Translations under genes and position numbers: made by a program | Shown here: positions 21,444 to 30,889 of the stretch, piece by piece | Layout of the letters: every line of letters begins with the position of its first letter | Numbering within the stretch: the first letter of the stretch is position 1 | Assembly: GCA_965262725.1 (NCBI GenBank) | Contig: OZ253555.1 | Location: 1,856,001 to 1,920,000, forward strand | Direction: 5' to 3' | Length of the DNA stretch: 64,000 nucleotides | From: Dehalococcoidia bacterium | GTDB lineage: Bacteria > Chloroflexota > Dehalococcoidia > UBA2979 | Notes under the pieces: model-generated | What the model saw: only the letters and a program-made list of their open reading frames with translations | What the model was told of the DNA's origin: nothing | Databases searched by the model: none

Positions 21444-22479
21444 TACGGCTTCTCGCATGGCTTCAGGCCGGGGCGTTCGGCGCATGACGCGCTGGACGCA
21501 CTGGCCTACGCGGTCGAACGGCGCAAGGTCAGCTGGATTGTCGAGGTGGACATCCGGGAGTTCTTCGGCAGCATCGACCGGGGGCGGCTGATGTCGTTTC
21601 TGGAGATGCGCATCGGGGACCAGCGGGTGTTGCGCCTGATACGAAAGTGGCTGAGCGTCGGCGTCATGGACGCGGAGCCGGAAGTCGATTTCGTGCGGGG
21701 GATGCCGCAGGGGGCGCCGATATCGCCGCTGCTTGCGAACGTGTACCTGCACAACGTGCTCGACGACTGGTTTGCGCGCGAGTGGCGACCGCGGGAGGTC
21801 CGGGGCGAGGCGTACATCGTGCGGTATGCCGATGACTTCGTCCTGGGGTTCCAGCACCGCAGCGATGCGGTGCGGTTCATGGAGGCACTCCGGGAGCGGT
21901 TCGCGGCCTACGGGCTGGAGCTGCACCCGGAGAAGACCCGTCTACTTGAGTTCGGCAGGTTCGCGCTGGCGAACAGGCGGAAGCGCGGGGAGGGCCGACC
22001 GGAGACGTTCGACTTTCTCGGCATGACGCACTACTGCCGGACCCGACGCGACGGGAGATTCGGGCTGGGGCGCAAGCCCGTTGCGAAGCGGATGCGCCGG
22101 ACGCTGAAGGCCATCAAGGCCGAGTTGTGGCGGCGCATGCACGACAACCCCGTGACGACGGGGCAGTGGCTGGGGCGGGTACTGCGTGGGTGGCTTGGCT
22201 ACTACGCGGTGCCGACCAGCTCGCCGGCGCTCACGCGGTTTGTTCGTTTCGTGAAGCGGCTCTGGCTGCGCGTTCTCCGACGGCGGTCGCAGCGCGACCG
22301 TTTCACGTGGGAGCGCATCCTTGCCCTGTGCCAGAAACACTGGCCCCGAATCTCCATCCTTCACCCGTGGCCTGCGGAGCGATTTGCCGTCACGCACTTG
22401 AGGTAGGAGCCGGATGCCCGAGAGGGCACGTCCGGATCTGTGCGGGGGGTGCCGGGCAACCGGCATCCCTACCGCGAAC

Positions 22480-24127
22480 CGAAGAAGAGTGCGCGAGCGG
22501 CTGGGGTTGGGTGCTCCGCTGTAGCTGGGACAATGGTTTTTGACCGAATCACGTCACAGCCACAGGGAGCACCCATTCGATGTTAGCAACGAGCAGCCCC
22601 GACCGGATACACATCGCCTTCGACGACGACCGCCTCGTGGACCACGCGGGCCTGCTGCTCCCGGCCACGCTCGCTGGCCGGCTCGGCCTCCGTGAACTGG
22701 CAGACGCCCAGCTCGACCTCGGTGACGCAGCGGGGCGGGCGAACGTCGGCGACAAGCTGATGACTCTCATCGCCTCGGCGCTCGCGGGCGGCGACTGCAT
22801 CGATGACGCCGATGCCATGCGCTCAGGCGGCGCCGGGCGCGTGCTCGGCTGCACCGTGAAGGCGCCGTCCACCCTCGGGACCTTCCTGCGCAGCTTCCGG
22901 TGGGGCCACGTCCGCCAGCTCGACCGCGTCAGCCGCGAGTTGCTGGCCCGCAGCTGGGCGGCCGGGGCGGGACCCGGCGCGGCGCCGTTCACGATCGACC
23001 TCGACTCGACGCTCTGCGAGACCTACGGCCTCGCCAAGGAGGGCGCCCGGCACCACGGCTACACGGGCGTGCGCGGCTATCACCCGCTGCTCGCGGTGGC
23101 GGCCGGGACGGGTGAGGTGCTGATGGCGCGGCTGCGCGGGGGCCGTGCCAACACCGCTCGGGGGGCCGCACACTTCCTGCGTGAGACGGTGGCGCGGGTG
23201 CGCGACGCCGGGGCCTCGGGGCAGCTCACGCTGCGCGCCGACAGCGGCTTCTACAGCCACGCTGTCGTCGCCGCCTGCCGCAAGCAGGATGTCCGCTTCT
23301 CCATCACCATTCGCCAGCAGCCGAACGTACGCCGGCTGATCGAGGCGATACCGGAAGAGGACTGGACGCCGATCCCGTACTGGCTGCCGGGCGGCGCCGC
23401 TGTCGCCGAGACGACCTACACGCCGTTCCAGCACACGGGGGACGCCACCGCGGTGCGGCTCATCGTGCGGCGCGTCACGCCGACGCCCGGCTCACAGCTC
23501 GCGCTCTTCGTGGACTACAGTTACCACGCCTTCATCACCAACCGCGCGGGGGAGATGATGGAGCTGGAGGCCGACCATCGCCGTCACGCCGAGATCGAGA
23601 ACGCGATCCGCGACCTCAAGTACGGCGTCGGGTTGAACCATCTCCCATCGGGCCGCTTCGCCGCGAACGCGGCGTGGCTCGCGGTGCAGGTGATCGCGCA
23701 CAACCTCGCCCGCTGGACGGCGCGCCTCGGGCTCGGCGAGGGAATCATGACGACCAGGACGCTCAGGCGGCGCTACTTCTCTCTCGCCGGACGGCTCACC
23801 CGCTCTGCCCGGCGGTGGACTCTGCACCTCCCGAAGCGCTGGCCCTGGGCAGAGCAGCTGGCAGCCGCGCTCGCGCGACTACGGGCGATACCGCTCCCGG
23901 CCTGACGCTCGCTCACAGCGCCGACCCGGGTCCGAGGCTCGCGCCAGCATGCCCGCGCACGCCTCGCGCACCCTCGCGCCCGCACCCTCAGCGCCCACGA
24001 GCGGTGCTGAGCGACGGCTTCTGGCTCCGGCCCGCCCCCGGCGCCGCCCGGCGAACGCCGGCACGCCCGCCGAACTCTCCGGCAGCCCGGCACCCCGCCT
24101 CGTCAAGCTTCGATCGGTGGATTCGAG
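22480..24127 (+). mobile_element. IS1380-family element copy 1 (left IR not found)
   Basis: Transposase plus right end ...GATCGGTGGATTCGAG shared with 26007 and, inverted, 58051. Confidence 0.85.
22580..23905 (+). CDS. IS1380-family transposase
   Basis: TIDLDST, GYHPLL, LRADSGFY, RRHAEIENAIRDLK, PSGRFAANAAW. Confidence 0.95.
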   Translation: MLATSSPDRIHIAFDDDRLVDHAGLLLPATLAGRLGLRELADAQLDLGDAAGRANVGDKLMTLIASALAGGDCIDDADAMRSGGAGRVLGCTVKAPSTLGTFLRSFRWGHVRQLDRVSRELLARSWAAGAGPGAAPFTIDLDSTLCETYGLAKEGARHHGYTGVRGYHPLLAVAAGTGEVLMARLRGGRANTARGAAHFLRETVARVRDAGASGQLTLRADSGFYSHAVVAACRKQDVRFSITIRQQPNVRRLIEAIPEEDWTPIPYWLPGGAAVAETTYTPFQHTGDATAVRLIVRRVTPTPGSQLALFVDYSYHAFITNRAGEMMELEADHRRHAEIENAIRDLKYGVGLNHLPSGRFAANAAWLAVQVIAHNLARWTARLGLGEGIMTTRTLRRRYFSLAGRLTRSARRWTLHLPKRWPWAEQLAAALARLRAIPLPA

Positions 24128-24143
24128 CTTAGACCGATCACTG

Positions 24144-25770
24144 TGTCGACGAGCAGCGATTCGGTCAGGGGCTAACGCGTCAGCGACCCTGTCCTCCCTG
24201 GAAGCAGAAGCAGGGGGTGACAGTGCAGCAATCCGAACAGGCACGCCGCTATGTACTCGACAGCGTGATCGCAGGCGATCTGCGGGTCGCGCAGGCCGGC
24301 GAGATCATGGGCATCAGTCAGCGCCACACGCGGCGCCTCCTCGCCGCCTACCGCGCGCGGGGAGCCGCGGCGCTGGGGCACGGCAACCGCGGCCGTCGCC
24401 CCCACAACGCTGTCCCGGTCGCCGTCGCCTCCGCCGTGGTGCGCTTCGCCACCAGCGGCTACCCGGGAGCGAACCACACCCACCTCGCCGAGCTGCTCTG
24501 GGAGCACGAGGGTCTGGAGGTGAGCAGCTCGTCCGTCCGCCGGATCCTGGCGAAGGCCGGCATCCCCAGTCCCCGACGCCGCCGGCCGCCCGAGCACCGC
24601 GTCCGGCGTGAGCGGATGCCCCGCGAGGGGATGCTGCTCCAGGTGGACGGCAGCCATCACGCCTGGCTCGAGGAACGAGGCCCCCGCTTCGCCCTGCTGC
24701 TCGCCGTCGACGATGCGACCGGCGCAGCCGTGCACGCGCTCTTCCGCCCCACCGAGGACGCGCGCGGCTACTTCCTCCTGCTGGAGGAGGTCGTCCGCGG
24801 CTGCGGCATCCCGCTCGCCCTCTACAGTGACCGCCACGGCGTCTTCCTGGCCGGTCCCGGCGGGCGGCGTGGGCTCAAGGCCTCGACCCAGTTCGCGCGG
24901 GCGATGGGCGAACTCGGGATACGCCAGATCTTCGCGCGATCACCCCAGGCGAAGGGGCGCGTGGAACGTGCCGCAGGTACGTTTCAGGACCGGCTGGTGA
25001 CCGAGCTGCGCCACGCCTCAGCCTCCACCATCCCCGAGGCGCAGGCCGTGCTCGAGGGCTTCCTGCCGCGCTTCGACGCCCGCTTCCGGGTCCCGGCGGC
25101 GCAACCCGAGCAGGCCTACCGCCCGCTCGACCCCGCGCTCCCCCTCGCCTCCATCCTCAGCTTTCGGAACCCCCGCACCGTCGCCCGCGACAACACAGTC
25201 AAGTACCGCTGGCGCACGCTGCAGCTGCTGCCGGGTCCCGAGCGCACCAGCTACGCTGGGACACGGGTCGAGGTCGTGGAACGGCCGGGCGGCGAGCTCT
25301 CCGTCCAGCACGTAGGCGAGACGATCCCCTCTCGCCCGGCACCGCCGCGCGCGGGGATGCTGCGGGAGGCTCGCTCCGAGCTGGCTCTCCGCCCCGACCA
25401 CGAGCGCATCGCCTCAGGGCTCGGCTCCGGCGGCGCGCCTCGGCGGCTCAGTGCGCCCCCCGTCGCCCCGTCGGCGGTTGCGGCCGGCAACGGCGCTGCG
25501 GTCAGGCCGGAGACCAACGGCAAGCAACTCCCTGCTCCGACGCCCCGGCAGCTCGCCCGCTGGAAGGCGATTCAGCAGGCGCAGCTGCAAGGGCTCTCGA
25601 TGCGGGCGACCGCCAGGCTGCTCGGGATCGCCCGCGACACCGTCCACAACTACGTCCTGGCTAACGGCGTGCCTGGACGCCGCAACGGCGCCGCGGCATC
25701 CTCCGACGACCAGGGCGACACTGACAGAGTCGCTGACGCGTTACGAGGACAGAATCGCTGACCGTCGACA
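24144..25770 (+). mobile_element. ISNCY / IS1202-like element
   Basis: TGTCGACG...CGTCGACA ends with internal repeated boxes (CAGCGA-yt/cc-TGTC type); 7-bp imperfect DR ATCACTG/GTCACTG. Confidence 0.85.
24217..25761 (+). CDS. ISNCY/IS1202-type DDE transposase with extra C-terminal HTH
   Basis: LGHGNRGRRP, LQVDGSHH, VDDATG, YSDRHGVF, SPQAKGRVER...QDRL; tail GLSMRATARLLGIARDTVHNY. Confidence 0.9.
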   Translation: MTVQQSEQARRYVLDSVIAGDLRVAQAGEIMGISQRHTRRLLAAYRARGAAALGHGNRGRRPHNAVPVAVASAVVRFATSGYPGANHTHLAELLWEHEGLEVSSSSVRRILAKAGIPSPRRRRPPEHRVRRERMPREGMLLQVDGSHHAWLEERGPRFALLLAVDDATGAAVHALFRPTEDARGYFLLLEEVVRGCGIPLALYSDRHGVFLAGPGGRRGLKASTQFARAMGELGIRQIFARSPQAKGRVERAAGTFQDRLVTELRHASASTIPEAQAVLEGFLPRFDARFRVPAAQPEQAYRPLDPALPLASILSFRNPRTVARDNTVKYRWRTLQLLPGPERTSYAGTRVEVVERPGGELSVQHVGETIPSRPAPPRAGMLREARSELALRPDHERIASGLGSGGAPRRLSAPPVAPSAVAAGNGAAVRPETNGKQLPAPTPRQLARWKAIQQAQLQGLSMRATARLLGIARDTVHNYVLANGVPGRRNGAAASSDDQGDTDRVADALRGQNR

Positions 25771-26104
25771 GTCACTGGTCGGGTATTAGAACGATCGGAA
25801 CAGACCCGGGTCCGAGGCTCGCGCCAGCATGCCCGCGCACGCCTCGCGCACCCTCGCGCCCGCACCCTCAGCGCCCCCGAGCGGTGCTGAGCGACGGCTC
25901 CTGGCTCCGGCCCGCCCCCGGCGCCGCCCGGCGAACGCCGGCACGCCCGCCGAACTCTCCGGCAGCCCGGCACCCCGCCTCGTCAAGCTTCGATCGGTGG
26001 ATTCGAGCTAAGGGGATCCGACTCCGTAGGGGCCTCGACTAGGTGGCGTGGTTCGACGCGGCGGAAGTTCCTGCGTGGTGGATCAACGACGAAGAAGGAG
26101 CATT

Positions 26105-26380
26105 ATGAACGACCTGATCGGCGAATACATCAACGCGGCTCGGAAGGTGCCACAGCTCGAGGAGGAGGCTGACAGCGCACTGGCGGTCGCTCAAGAAGCG
26201 CAGAAGACACGCGACGAGGCTGTTGCAGACCGCGAATCACAGAGCGTCTACGACGCAGTTCAATCGTGGGCCATTGCAGCGGACGCTGCTGAGAGAGCGC
26301 AAGGCGAACTCGAATTGGTCAAGAAGCGGCGTGATAACGCCGAGAAGGCGATCATGGCATATCTTCGCCTGCCTTCCTAG
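26105..26380 (+). CDS. Hypothetical coiled-coil protein
   Basis: GAAGGAG RBS, 91-aa helical sequence. Confidence 0.6.
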   Translation: MNDLIGEYINAARKVPQLEEEADSALAVAQEAQKTRDEAVADRESQSVYDAVQSWAIAADAAERAQGELELVKKRRDNAEKAIMAYLRLPS

Positions 26381-26465
26381 GCGCCGGTGTCCCTACACAC
26401 TACTCCCATGCTCAGCTCAGACTGGGTAGACAGCGCCTGGTCACGCGGAGAGTCGGTGGCGACTC

Positions 26466-27194
26466 TTACCGCGACCGTCGTAGAGAGAGATCGGCAACGA
26501 CGCCGAAATGATCGGAGAGCTTCCGCTTCGCGAAGACATTGCTCATCACGTCCACCGGCCCGACCGCCAGATCCTTGCTGAGCGCGATGTGGTCGATGCT
26601 CTTGCGACCCTGGAAGGTGACGGGACCGGTCGCGATCGGAATATCCGACGAGAAGCACTCGCGCAGCATCGACCTGGTCCTGGCCGGCGCTCGGCCGCCG
26701 GGTCCGACGACCTGATTGAAGTCGCCCATCACGATGAGGCGCTCCGGGGTCCCCCGCCTCAGAATCGCCGCGAGGCCGGCCAGGTAGCGCTCATGGTCTC
26801 CCCACGGCCGCCTGCGCTCCGGCCCGCGCCTCTTCTCGGTCCGCGACCGGAACCACGGGATGCAGACCCCGATCACGGTGACAGGTCCCAGCGACGTCTG
26901 CGTGACGCCGGACACGTACCGTCCGGGCGGCATGGAGGCAATGCCCACATCGTCGACGTGCTGCCACGGCTCCCGCGACCAGAGCATGACCTTCCTGCGG
27001 TGTTCCCGGATCGAGTAGCCATAATCAGGCCGTGAGCGCGCGATGTACCCGTCTGGACCAAGCAGCTCGTCATGGGTCTCGGTGAGACAGAGCACCTCGG
27101 GATCCCAGCCGGCAATGCGGCGCAGGATCTCAGGCGTTGCCCAGGATGCGGGAGTGGCCCACTCCACATTCCACGTCGACACCCTCAGCTGCAC
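26466..27194 (-). CDS. Endonuclease/exonuclease/phosphatase (EEP) family protein
   Basis: STWNVEW, LCLTET, VMGDFN, IDHIAL, SDHFGV; GAGGGAG RBS before GTG. Confidence 0.9.
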   Translation of the reverse strand: MQLRVSTWNVEWATPASWATPEILRRIAGWDPEVLCLTETHDELLGPDGYIARSRPDYGYSIREHRRKVMLWSREPWQHVDDVGIASMPPGRYVSGVTQTSLGPVTVIGVCIPWFRSRTEKRRGPERRRPWGDHERYLAGLAAILRRGTPERLIVMGDFNQVVGPGGRAPARTRSMLRECFSSDIPIATGPVTFQGRKSIDHIALSKDLAVGPVDVMSNVFAKRKLSDHFGVVADLSLRRSR

Positions 27195-27421
27195 GACCCG
27201 ACTCCCTCGGTGGGCTGTCGGCTTGTCCGGAGGCCCGAAAACCTGACTGACTCTCTCCGCTCCCGGGTGCATTCCCGAACTCTGACTGGGACACGATACG
27301 CGGCGGAACCAATGACCCATGCTGCGCCGCCCACCCAGTACGCCGATTGTGCGCGAGAGACGGTCTTGGGAACGCCCGGTGCCGACCGCCGCACAGTCCG
27401 TGCGAGGTGAGGCGTGGCAGA

Positions 27422-27781
27422 ATGTCCGCCATGGTCTCCCCGCTCCCCATCATGACGCTGATCGCGCGCGCTTCATGGCGCGAGGCGGTGACGTACCGCG
27501 AGACATGGCCCCACGAGTACGTCGTGATCCAACGTGACGGGCAGCAGGCGCTGCTCGCCGCCTTCTGCGCCCGCATCGCGCGCGGCGAAGGCGTCGAGTG
27601 CCGCTTCTTCGGGCGGACGCGGCGCCATCTCTTCCTTGCCGATCACAAGTACTGGACGATGACCGACTGCGCCGACATCGACCTCGACGCCGATGACTAC
27701 GTCCTCAACCGCGCACGCCTTTACCGCGACCGCCGCGACTTCGATGTGCGGCCGGGCGACCACGGCGCGCGGGACGGGTAG
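27422..27781 (+). CDS. Conserved hypothetical protein (WPHEY / KYWTM motifs)
   Basis: WREAVTYRETWPHEYVV...HKYWTM...VLNRA; typical codon usage; stop 7 bp before the next gene. Confidence 0.7.
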   Translation: MSAMVSPLPIMTLIARASWREAVTYRETWPHEYVVIQRDGQQALLAAFCARIARGEGVECRFFGRTRRHLFLADHKYWTMTDCADIDLDADDYVLNRARLYRDRRDFDVRPGDHGARDG

Positions 27782-27788
27782 CCTTGCC

Positions 27789-28775
27789 GTGTCCGACGCG
27801 CACGAAGACGCCGCCGAACGGTTGGACGTCCACACGCTGTGGGGCCACGAGGCGCTCGACTTCACGCCCTGGCTGGCCGCCAATCTCGACCCCCTCGGCA
27901 AGGCGATCGGTCTGCGGCTCGAGCTACTCGACCGCGAGCACGCGGTCGGCCAACTCTCGCTCGACCTCCTCGCTCGTGACGCCGATGCGCGCGTGCGGGT
28001 GGCGATCGAGAATCAGCTCGCGGTGGCCGATCTCTCGCACCTTGGACAGCTCATCACCTACGCCACGGGCAGCGACGCCCCTACGGCCGTGTGGGTCGCC
28101 ACGGGTTTCCGGCGCGAACTGGCCGACGCGCTGCACTGCCTGAACGCCTGGACCGGCGAGGGCATCCGCTTCTACGCCGTCCAGGTGGAGGTCGTGAGGC
28201 GAACCGAGGACGCCGATCCGGAGCCGAGGTTCCGCAGGGTCGTCTACCCGGGCGGCCGGGACGAGTCCTTTGCGCTGGCCGCCGCGGAGCCGTCGCCCGA
28301 GGCCCGGCGCTATCAGGAGTTCTTCGAGCCGCTGATCGCCGAACTGCTGCGGACGGGCTTCGCCGGACGCGCCGTGCAGCACTTCGATCACACGGGGCGG
28401 TTCTTCCGCTCGCGCCTCGATCCCGGCATCGGCTACGCCGCGTCGCTCTGGAGGGGCGTCGCGTGGGTCGGGCTGCATATTCGCATGGACGGCACGGCTC
28501 ACACCAAGCGCGTCTTCGACACGCTGCACGGCGAGCGGGCGAGCATCGAGGCCGACCTCCCCGCGACCGACGGGTCGACGTGGTCGTGGCTGCGGCACGG
28601 CGCCTACACGTTCTCCAGCATCAACCTCCGCCGCGACGGCGCGATCCACGACCCGCCGGACCGTCTGGCCGAGACGCGAGAGTGGATGCTCGACATGCTG
28701 CCGCGGCTTCGCGCTGTCTTCGACCCGCGCGTCGCGGCCATTCTTGAGGGCCTGCGTGCGTCGGGGAACGCGTAG
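27789..28775 (+). CDS. DUF4268-domain protein with N-terminal PD-(D/E)XK (NucS-like) nuclease domain
   Basis: EALDFTPWLAANL, SLDLLA...VAIENQL...HLGQLITYA. Confidence 0.8.
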   Translation: MSDAHEDAAERLDVHTLWGHEALDFTPWLAANLDPLGKAIGLRLELLDREHAVGQLSLDLLARDADARVRVAIENQLAVADLSHLGQLITYATGSDAPTAVWVATGFRRELADALHCLNAWTGEGIRFYAVQVEVVRRTEDADPEPRFRRVVYPGGRDESFALAAAEPSPEARRYQEFFEPLIAELLRTGFAGRAVQHFDHTGRFFRSRLDPGIGYAASLWRGVAWVGLHIRMDGTAHTKRVFDTLHGERASIEADLPATDGSTWSWLRHGAYTFSSINLRRDGAIHDPPDRLAETREWMLDMLPRLRAVFDPRVAAILEGLRASGNA

Positions 28776-29064
28776 GACGCTGGCGAGACAGCCGCCTGCG
28801 GCGGCAGCGTCCCTATGGCTCGATCCTCGACCAGGAGAACTCTCCCACCCCGCTTGAGCTGCCGCCGCCGGGCCGCTTCACCACTCGGGCTCCGCCTTCG
28901 CACGGCCCCGCACGCCGCCAGGGACAGGAGAGCCCACGATGACCGTCACCACCTCAGAACTCCGCCCGCTGCTCATGCGACTCAAGCTCGGCTGGCTCAC
29001 ACGCTCGTGCGCAACCTGTCGAATAGAGTCGGCACGACTTGCGACCGAATCGCGCGGCAAGGTC

Positions 29065-29204
29065 GGGTCGATGGAGTCGGGCAGGGCGGTCCCGGCGGCG
29101 ACCTGCTCCAGCGCGGTCGCGAACTCGTCCGGGCTGAAGGAGCGGCCTTCGCGCGCTTCCTCGCGAAGCGTCATGACCCGGTACGATGGGTCCACGGCCG
29201 TCAC
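29065..29204 (-). pseudogene. DUF499 ATPase N-terminal fragment
   Basis: GGAGG RBS then VTAVDPSYRVMTLREEAREGRSFSPDEFATALEQVAAGTALPD, resembling the DUF499 N-terminus. Confidence 0.65.
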
Positions 29205-29240
29205 GCCTCCCGTGCTCGCCGCGCTGGATCCGCACGCGGC

Positions 29241-29327
29241 TTCGGGCCGCAGGTTCTGAAGGCGCTGGTTCCCGATTCTGGGAGCGAGGTGAGGCCTCAG
29301 GATTGTGCGGTAGTTCTCCGCAACGCG
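29241..29327 (-). pseudogene. Fragment of a tyrosine integrase paralogous to 33103-34266
   Basis: RVAENYRTILRPHLAPRIGNQRLQNLRPE versus RVAENYRTIVRLHLAPAIGSLRLQELRPD. Confidence 0.85.
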
Positions 29328-29606
29328 CAGGCCGCGGATCCTCATCCTGTCCGCGGGCCCGTCATCGGAATCTCCGGCGACGCGCCATTGGAGCTGGTAG
29401 CGAGCCCCGCTGGCATCGTCACCATCCTGATGATCGTCGGCATCGCGCTGGACCGCGTGATGAAGGACAGGCGCAAGGCCATCGTCGACGAAGGGGGGTC
29501 TCAAGCGCGCCCGGCGCGAGCTCGACGACGACTAGCATGTCCTGCTTGTCAAGCATCGCGCGCCCGTCCAAACTCGTCGCAGGACCGGCGACGAGGGGGC
29601 CGAGGA

Positions 29607-29849
29607 ATGCCGTTTAGCGATCAGGTGAAGGGCGAGGCCTTCCGCCGCTCCAGGGGGCGGTGCGAGTGCCGGAGGAAGACGTGCTCGAACCGGCGCCACA
29701 AGACGCCGCGGTGCACTACTTCGATCGTGCGGAGCGTCCACTACCACCACGTCCACGCCGAGAGGCTCGGCGGGTCTAACGGCCTGTCGAACTGCGAGGC
29801 GCTTTGCATACCGTGCCACAAGGCGACTGCCAACTACGGGCGCTCGTGA
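29607..29849 (+). CDS. Small HNH endonuclease
   Basis: GRCECRR...HYHHVHAERLGGSNGLSNCEALCIPCH. Confidence 0.85.
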   Translation: MPFSDQVKGEAFRRSRGRCECRRKTCSNRRHKTPRCTTSIVRSVHYHHVHAERLGGSNGLSNCEALCIPCHKATANYGRS

Positions 29850-30083
29850 ACTCGAATGGCGGCTGGCGCGCGTCGCGCCTGAGACACATTCGATCCCAGT
29901 CGACGCCAGCGGGAGACGCGGCGTCTAGCGGCACAGCGTCCAGATCCGCATGTCCGCCGAGTTGCGTCTCTTAGGCGAGTGGCCTCGGACTCGGCCTCAA
30001 CCCAGTCGTCGTAGCGACCGCAGACGCTCGAGCCGGTGAGAGGGCTCGCGAGCAGGAGTAGGGGGGCACAATTGCTCAAGGCA

Positions 30084-30593
30084 ATGCGGGGATACTTCGC
30101 ACACCCGCACGGCAGGAAGCGAATTATTGCTCCTTGGAAATGGGCATGGCGAGACAGGATCCTACTTGGCGGTGAAGCAATAGCTGTGTGTGCCTCAATT
30201 GCCGCGATACCTGTCGAACTCGCCGAATCGGACTTCGGACCTTGGTTGGTAATAGGAGCGACGATTGTAGGAACTGCTGCACTTCTATGGTATGCGCTCG
30301 ACCTGATCTCAGCGGGAGAGATGCCGCTAACAAATAGATCGGCTCACACGATCAGGCAGGTCGTACAAGCCATGAAAATGGAAGAACAGGGAGCCATTTT
30401 CGAGTGGGACAATATCAGTCCAGACGGTGGAATACCGTCAGACCTAGCGAATTGGGCAAGATTGAGGCCAGAATTGAAAAGACTCATTAGACAATACAAT
30501 ATCCCTCTGACGGTGGCGGTGGGCATGTTGGATGCTCAAGAAAAGGCGAGAGAAACATCAGGCATCCCCGACGAAGGAGAAGCGCACGGGTGA
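30084..30593 (+). CDS. Hypothetical membrane protein (2 TM), low GC
   Basis: Long ORF in an AT-richer patch with two hydrophobic segments; start uncertain. Confidence 0.6.
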   Translation: MRGYFAHPHGRKRIIAPWKWAWRDRILLGGEAIAVCASIAAIPVELAESDFGPWLVIGATIVGTAALLWYALDLISAGEMPLTNRSAHTIRQVVQAMKMEEQGAIFEWDNISPDGGIPSDLANWARLRPELKRLIRQYNIPLTVAVGMLDAQEKARETSGIPDEGEAHG

Positions 30594-30889
30594 TCTCACT
30601 AGAGATTCACCACATGCGTCATCTCACTGGGGCTGGGCGGTAGCCTGACGCGCAGGGCACCGCCTGCGAGAAACGAAGTCGAGCGCGGGGATGACCCTCG
30701 CGACCACCACCTGTGCCGTGCGGGTCTTCGCGTGGCGGCCGCGAGGCCATGGTGCAGCACGGCGACTGTGCGCCAGTGCCGCCGCGGCCGCGCGGTAGTG
30801 TCTGCGTGCGGTTACGCGAGCGGCCAGAGGGTCACATATGCCGAAGCAGTACAAGTTGAGCCGTGCGCGGGCCGCCAACAACGATGTGC

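Larger units (their letters stand above)
19590..22406 (+). pseudogene. ltrA: Group II intron reverse transcriptase/maturase, split by IS5
   Basis: APGVDG, IPKPDGGIRPLGI, GFRPGRS, PQGAPISPLLANVYLH, YADD. Removing IS5 plus one TSD restores ESGYYGFSHGFRPG in frame (494 aa, no En domain). Confidence 0.93.
18882..22479 (+). mobile_element. Group II intron (interrupted by IS5)
   Basis: 5' GTGCG at 18882; RT/maturase ORF; domain V GAGCCGGATG...CACGTCCGGATC and domain VI ending CCCTACCGCGAAC. Confidence 0.9.
23923..26009 (+). repeat. 207-bp direct repeat of the IS1380 3' end (23923-24129 and 25803-26009)
   Basis: Direct comparison shows 2 mismatches, offset 1880 bp. Confidence 0.95.

Noticed and set aside
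19590-22406. RT as a retron, DGR or defence RT
   Set aside because: Has group II intron boundaries, domains V/VI and a maturase region; no TR/VR pair or msr-msd seen.
23923-26009. 207-bp repeat as a giant TSD or composite-transposon arms around ISNCY
   Set aside because: ISNCY has its own short DR; the second copy is better explained as the stump of another IS1380 cut by the unknown TGT-ended element.
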